From contig CAVRAY010000001.1 of assembly GCA_963719225.1 (NCBI GenBank), forward strand, positions 2,112,001 to 2,176,000: a stretch of 64,000 nt of DNA, written 5' to 3'. This DNA is from Thermoanaerobaculia bacterium. Its GTDB lineage: Bacteria > Acidobacteriota > Thermoanaerobaculia > UBA5066. This document shows, piece by piece, positions 60,680-64,000 of the stretch. The position numbers and the translations under genes were made by a program. Position 1 is the stretch's first letter. Each line of letters opens with the position of its first letter. The notes below the pieces were generated by a model. That model was not told the DNA's origin. It worked only from the letters and a program-made list of their open reading frames with translations, and did no database searches.

Positions 60680-61626
60680 AACTGGCCCCGATCCTCGGCG
60701 CGGCCGCGGTCATCCTCGTCCCGGTGGCGACGCAGAACCCGTACGTCCTTCACATGCTGATCATGGTCCTCCTGTGGGTCGTTCTCGGACAAAGCTGGAA
60801 CCTGCTCGGCGGCTACACGGGACAGGTCTCTTTTGGCCACGCCGCCTTCTTCGGCATCGGAGCGTACACGGCCGGAATCCTCATCAAGGGGGGAGCCCCT
60901 CCCGCGACCGCGTGGGCGGGCCTGCTCCTCGGCGGCCTGACGGCCACGATCGCCGCCGCCGTCATCGGCTGGATCTGCTTCCGCCTGCGCGGCCCGTATT
61001 TCGCGCTGTCGGTTCTGGCGCTGGCGGAAGTCCTGAGGCTCGTCGCGGTGAACTGGAAACAGCTCACGAACGGCGCCGAAGGGATCCTCCTGATTCCCGC
61101 ATTCAACACGAAGGCCTACTACTACTACATCGTCCTCGCGATCGCCGCCCTGAATTTCGTCGTCATCAAATCCGTCATGCGGAGCAAGCTCGGCTACTAC
61201 TTCCTCGCGATCCGTGAGGATCAGGACGCCGCCGAGTCGCTGGGCATCGACACGACGAAGTACAAGCTTTATTCGCTCCTCATCAGCGCCTTCTTCACGG
61301 GCGCGGCGGGAGCGTTCTACCTGAACTACATGGGGTTCATCGACCCGGGCATCGTCTTCTCGATCCACGACATCTCGGTCATGGTGATCCTCGTCACGAT
61401 GCTGGGGGGCGTGGCGACCTACTGGGGCCCCGCGGTGGGCGCCGTTCTCTACATCCTCGTCTCCGAGATCTTTCGTGTCTGGCTGAAGTCGGGACATCTC
61501 GTCTTTTTCGGCATTCTCATCATCATTCTCATCGTCTTCTTCCCGAACGGAATCGTCGGAACCTGGAACGAGCGGGCGGCGAAGAGGAGCCGGCGCCGTG
61601 CGCCGGCCCCTCCGGAGACGGCGTGA
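60676..61626 (+). CDS. livM: Liv-type ABC permease (LivM-like)
   Basis: [35 protein letters not shown]. Confidence 0.9.
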   Translation: MKLAPILGAAAVILVPVATQNPYVLHMLIMVLLWVVLGQSWNLLGGYTGQVSFGHAAFFGIGAYTAGILIKGGAPPATAWAGLLLGGLTATIAAAVIGWICFRLRGPYFALSVLALAEVLRLVAVNWKQLTNGAEGILLIPAFNTKAYYYYIVLAIAALNFVVIKSVMRSKLGYYFLAIREDQDAAESLGIDTTKYKLYSLLISAFFTGAAGAFYLNYMGFIDPGIVFSIHDISVMVILVTMLGGVATYWGPAVGAVLYILVSEIFRVWLKSGHLVFFGILIIILIVFFPNGIVGTWNERAAKRSRRRAPAPPETA

Positions 61627-62342
61627 GCCTCCTCGAGCTGAAGGACGTCACGAAGCGTTTCGGCGGCCTGCAGGCCGTCGGTCACATGACGTTCTCGCTG
61701 AACAAGGGAGAGGTCCTCGGGCTCATCGGGCCCAACGGTGCCGGGAAAACGACGATCTTCAACCTCATCAACGGCTACATCCCGCCGACGTCCGGCCAGG
61801 TCCTCTTCAAGGACGAGCGCATCGACGGGCTGAAGCCGCACGTCGTCTGCCTTCGCGGGCTCGCACGGACGTTTCAGGTCGTCAAGCCCCTCGCCCGCCT
61901 CACCGTTCTCGAAAACGTCATGGCTTCCGCCTTCTGCCGGACGAACAGCCGGGAGACGGCGCGTGAAATGGCCCTGGAGGCGACGGCCTTTGCCGAGATG
62001 GAAGCCTGGCGCGATCGGTCCGCCGGAAGCCTGCCGCTCGGCATGCGAAAGCGCCTCGAGATGGCGCGCGCCCTCGCAACGAAGCCCGAGCTGCTCCTGC
62101 TCGACGAGAACTTCGCGGGTCTGAACCCCGCGGAGGTCGAGAACACGATCGAGATCGTGAAGAAGATCCATGGAAGCGGCGTGACGATCCTCATCATCGA
62201 GCACATCATGCGGGTCATCATGTCCATCTCGCACCGGCTGATCTGCATCAACTACGGCGAAAAGATCGCGGAGGGAACACCGCGCGAAGTCGCGGAGAAT
62301 CAGCAGGTCATCGACGCGTATCTGGGCGTGGCCAATGCCTGA
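61623..62342 (+). CDS. livG: Liv-type ABC ATPase (LivG-like)
   Basis: GPNGAGKTT, RTFQ, LLLDE, IEH, AYLG. Confidence 0.92.
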   Translation: MSLLELKDVTKRFGGLQAVGHMTFSLNKGEVLGLIGPNGAGKTTIFNLINGYIPPTSGQVLFKDERIDGLKPHVVCLRGLARTFQVVKPLARLTVLENVMASAFCRTNSRETAREMALEATAFAEMEAWRDRSAGSLPLGMRKRLEMARALATKPELLLLDENFAGLNPAEVENTIEIVKKIHGSGVTILIIEHIMRVIMSISHRLICINYGEKIAEGTPREVAENQQVIDAYLGVANA

Positions 62343-62350
62343 GGTGCCGC

Positions 62351-63055
62351 GTGCTTGAGGTCAAGGGTATCGACGTCTCGTATGGCGACGTGCAGGTCCT
62401 CTGGGACGTCTCCTTCGACGTGAAGAAGGGCGAGATCGTCGCCCTGATCGGGGCCAACGGCTCCGGAAAGACGACCACGCTGTCGACGATCTCTTCGCTC
62501 GTGAAACCGCGGAAGGGCTCCATCGAGTACGAAGGGCAGCCGATCCACGGCCGGGAGCCCCACGAGATGGTCGACCTCGGCATCGCGCACGTGCCCGAGG
62601 CGCGCCGTCTTTTCCCGGAGATGACCGTGAAGGAGAACCTCCTCCTCGGAGCGCTGACGCCGGCGGCGAAGAAGACCCGGCCGGAGATGCTGGAGAAGGT
62701 CTTCGCGATCTTTCCGCGCCTGAAGGAGCGCGAGAAGCAGCAAGCCGGCACCCTCTCGGGCGGCGAGCAGCAGATGGCCGCGATCGGCCGCGGGCTCATG
62801 TCCAAGCCGCGCCTTCTCATGCTGGACGAGCCGTCGCTCGGCCTGTCGCCGATCCTCGTCGCCGACATCTTCAGAGTCATCAAGGACGTCCACGAGGCGG
62901 GCGTCACGGTCCTCCTCGTCGAGCAGAACGTCTTCAAGACTCTCCAGATCGCGGACCGGGCGTACGTGCTCGGCAACGGGCGCATCGTGCTCAGCGGCAC
63001 GGGTGCCGCTCTCCTCGCGGACGACAACGTCCGCCAGGCATACCTCGGCCTCTAG
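62351..63055 (+). CDS. livF: Liv-type ABC ATPase (LivF-like)
   Basis: GANGSGKTT, LSGGEQQM, DEPSLGL, VEQN, YLG. Confidence 0.92.
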   Translation: MLEVKGIDVSYGDVQVLWDVSFDVKKGEIVALIGANGSGKTTTLSTISSLVKPRKGSIEYEGQPIHGREPHEMVDLGIAHVPEARRLFPEMTVKENLLLGALTPAAKKTRPEMLEKVFAIFPRLKEREKQQAGTLSGGEQQMAAIGRGLMSKPRLLMLDEPSLGLSPILVADIFRVIKDVHEAGVTVLLVEQNVFKTLQIADRAYVLGNGRIVLSGTGAALLADDNVRQAYLGL

Positions 63056-63512
63056 AGAGCCCGCTCAGGCTCGCCGTCGCCATCGCAAGGTGCGGTTCGG
63101 CGCCTCGTCGCGCCGAGAGCGCGATCGGATGGAGAAGAAGAAGATCTTCTGCGAATGCGTAAGAGCGGCGGATCGTCCGGCCGATACGGTTCGGGACGAA
63201 GCCGGTCTCGACGTGATGCAGGACTTCCTCCCGAGCCTCGATCACCTCCCACCGCCCCGCGTACCCGCCGTACGCGGCGCCTGCCGCCGCCAGCTCCGAG
63301 AGGGTCGGAGAGAATTCTCTGTGAAAGGGAGGACGGGAGGATCCCCGCGAAGTGGACGGACATCTCGAACCCGGAAGGCAGGTAGATCAGGATCCCCGCG
63401 GGGCGCTCGAACTCCCGAGGCGAACCCCCTCCCTTTTACCTTCGAAGGAATCTCCCTCTCTTCGATCCCCTCCAGCTCCCACACCCCGACGAACCGCTCG
63501 GAATCGCGTCAC
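63052..63512 (-). pseudogene. Frameshifted lipocalin-like domain gene (boundaries approximate)
   Basis: Pieces across frames join into RFVGVWELE..PAGILIY..MSVHFA..YGGYAGRWEV..VLHHVE..PNRIG..RRSY..DLLLL. Confidence 0.55.
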
Positions 63513-63597
63513 GACGCCTTCTTCCCACTCCGCACGCGAAATCCCTCGGGTATAGTTCCCGGCACAAATACGAAAACCTGGTCACAGGAGGCATCCG

Positions 63598-64000
63598 ATG
63601 AAGCGTACCGCGACGGTCTCGTTGCTCGCACTCGCACTCGTCCTCGGGTCTTGCCGGCCCACGCCGCGGACACGATCACTTCGGCGCCGCCGTTTCGCTC
63701 ACGGGCAAGACGGCGAAGGAAGGCGAGTACACCCGCGACGGCTACAACTTCCCATCGAGAAGGTCAACGAGAGGGCGGGATCACCGTCGGCGGAAAGAAG
63801 TACAAGGTCGGGTCAAGTACTACGACGACGAGTCGAAATCCGAGCGGACGGCCCAGCTCATCGAGAAGCTCATCAACGAGGACAAGGTCACGTTCATCCT
63901 CGGCCTTACGGCTCGGGGCCCTCGGGAACGGCTGCGCCGATCTGCGAAAATACAGGATCCCGATGATCGAGGCGAACGGCTCCGCCGAATCGATCTTCAA
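63598..64000 (+). pseudogene. Second Liv-type substrate-binding protein, frameshifted and truncated by the window end
   Basis: AGGAGG-ATG and signal peptide, then FGAAVSLTGKTAKEG, GGITVGGKKY, YYDDES, DKVTFILG and YGSG spread over different frames. Confidence 0.7.

Overview
High-GC bacterial DNA. The gene content (TolB-N/TPR Ser/Thr kinase, DUF4388 protein, porin, bactofilin) suggests a diderm, possibly Acidobacteriota; that assignment is inference. The left end holds housekeeping genes (mtnP, Gfo/Idh oxidoreductase, ileS-lspA-lgt-rluD, aminotransferase), followed by two aldehyde dehydrogenases, two VapBC-type toxin-antitoxin pairs and a kinase. A ~27 kb block (17-44 kb) is devoted to carboxylate/acyl-CoA metabolism. 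It encodes a monocarboxylate MFS transporter and porin, two divergent family III CoA-transferases, four small unknown Cys-containing proteins, AMP- and ADP-forming CoA ligases, a thioesterase, a crotonase and three tandem peptidase-U32 (Fe-S hydroxylase family) genes. It also encodes a lysine acetylation circuit: Pat, AcuC, AcuB paralogs and an apparent GNAT-HDAC fusion. This block is the best candidate for an undescribed system. Separately, a purine/pyrimidine-skewed DNA motif (GAGATTTCTTCGAAGGG-like, core TTC-N3-GAA) recurs in inverted pairs inside unrelated coding sequences and in different reading frames. The right part holds ligD (PE+POL only), osmC, menG/ubiE, a PAS-GGDEF-EAL gene, proC and a liv-type ABC operon. 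The last ~1 kb is frameshifted. No rRNA, tRNA, CRISPR array or transposase was recognised. All calls come from motif recognition by eye; no database searches were run.
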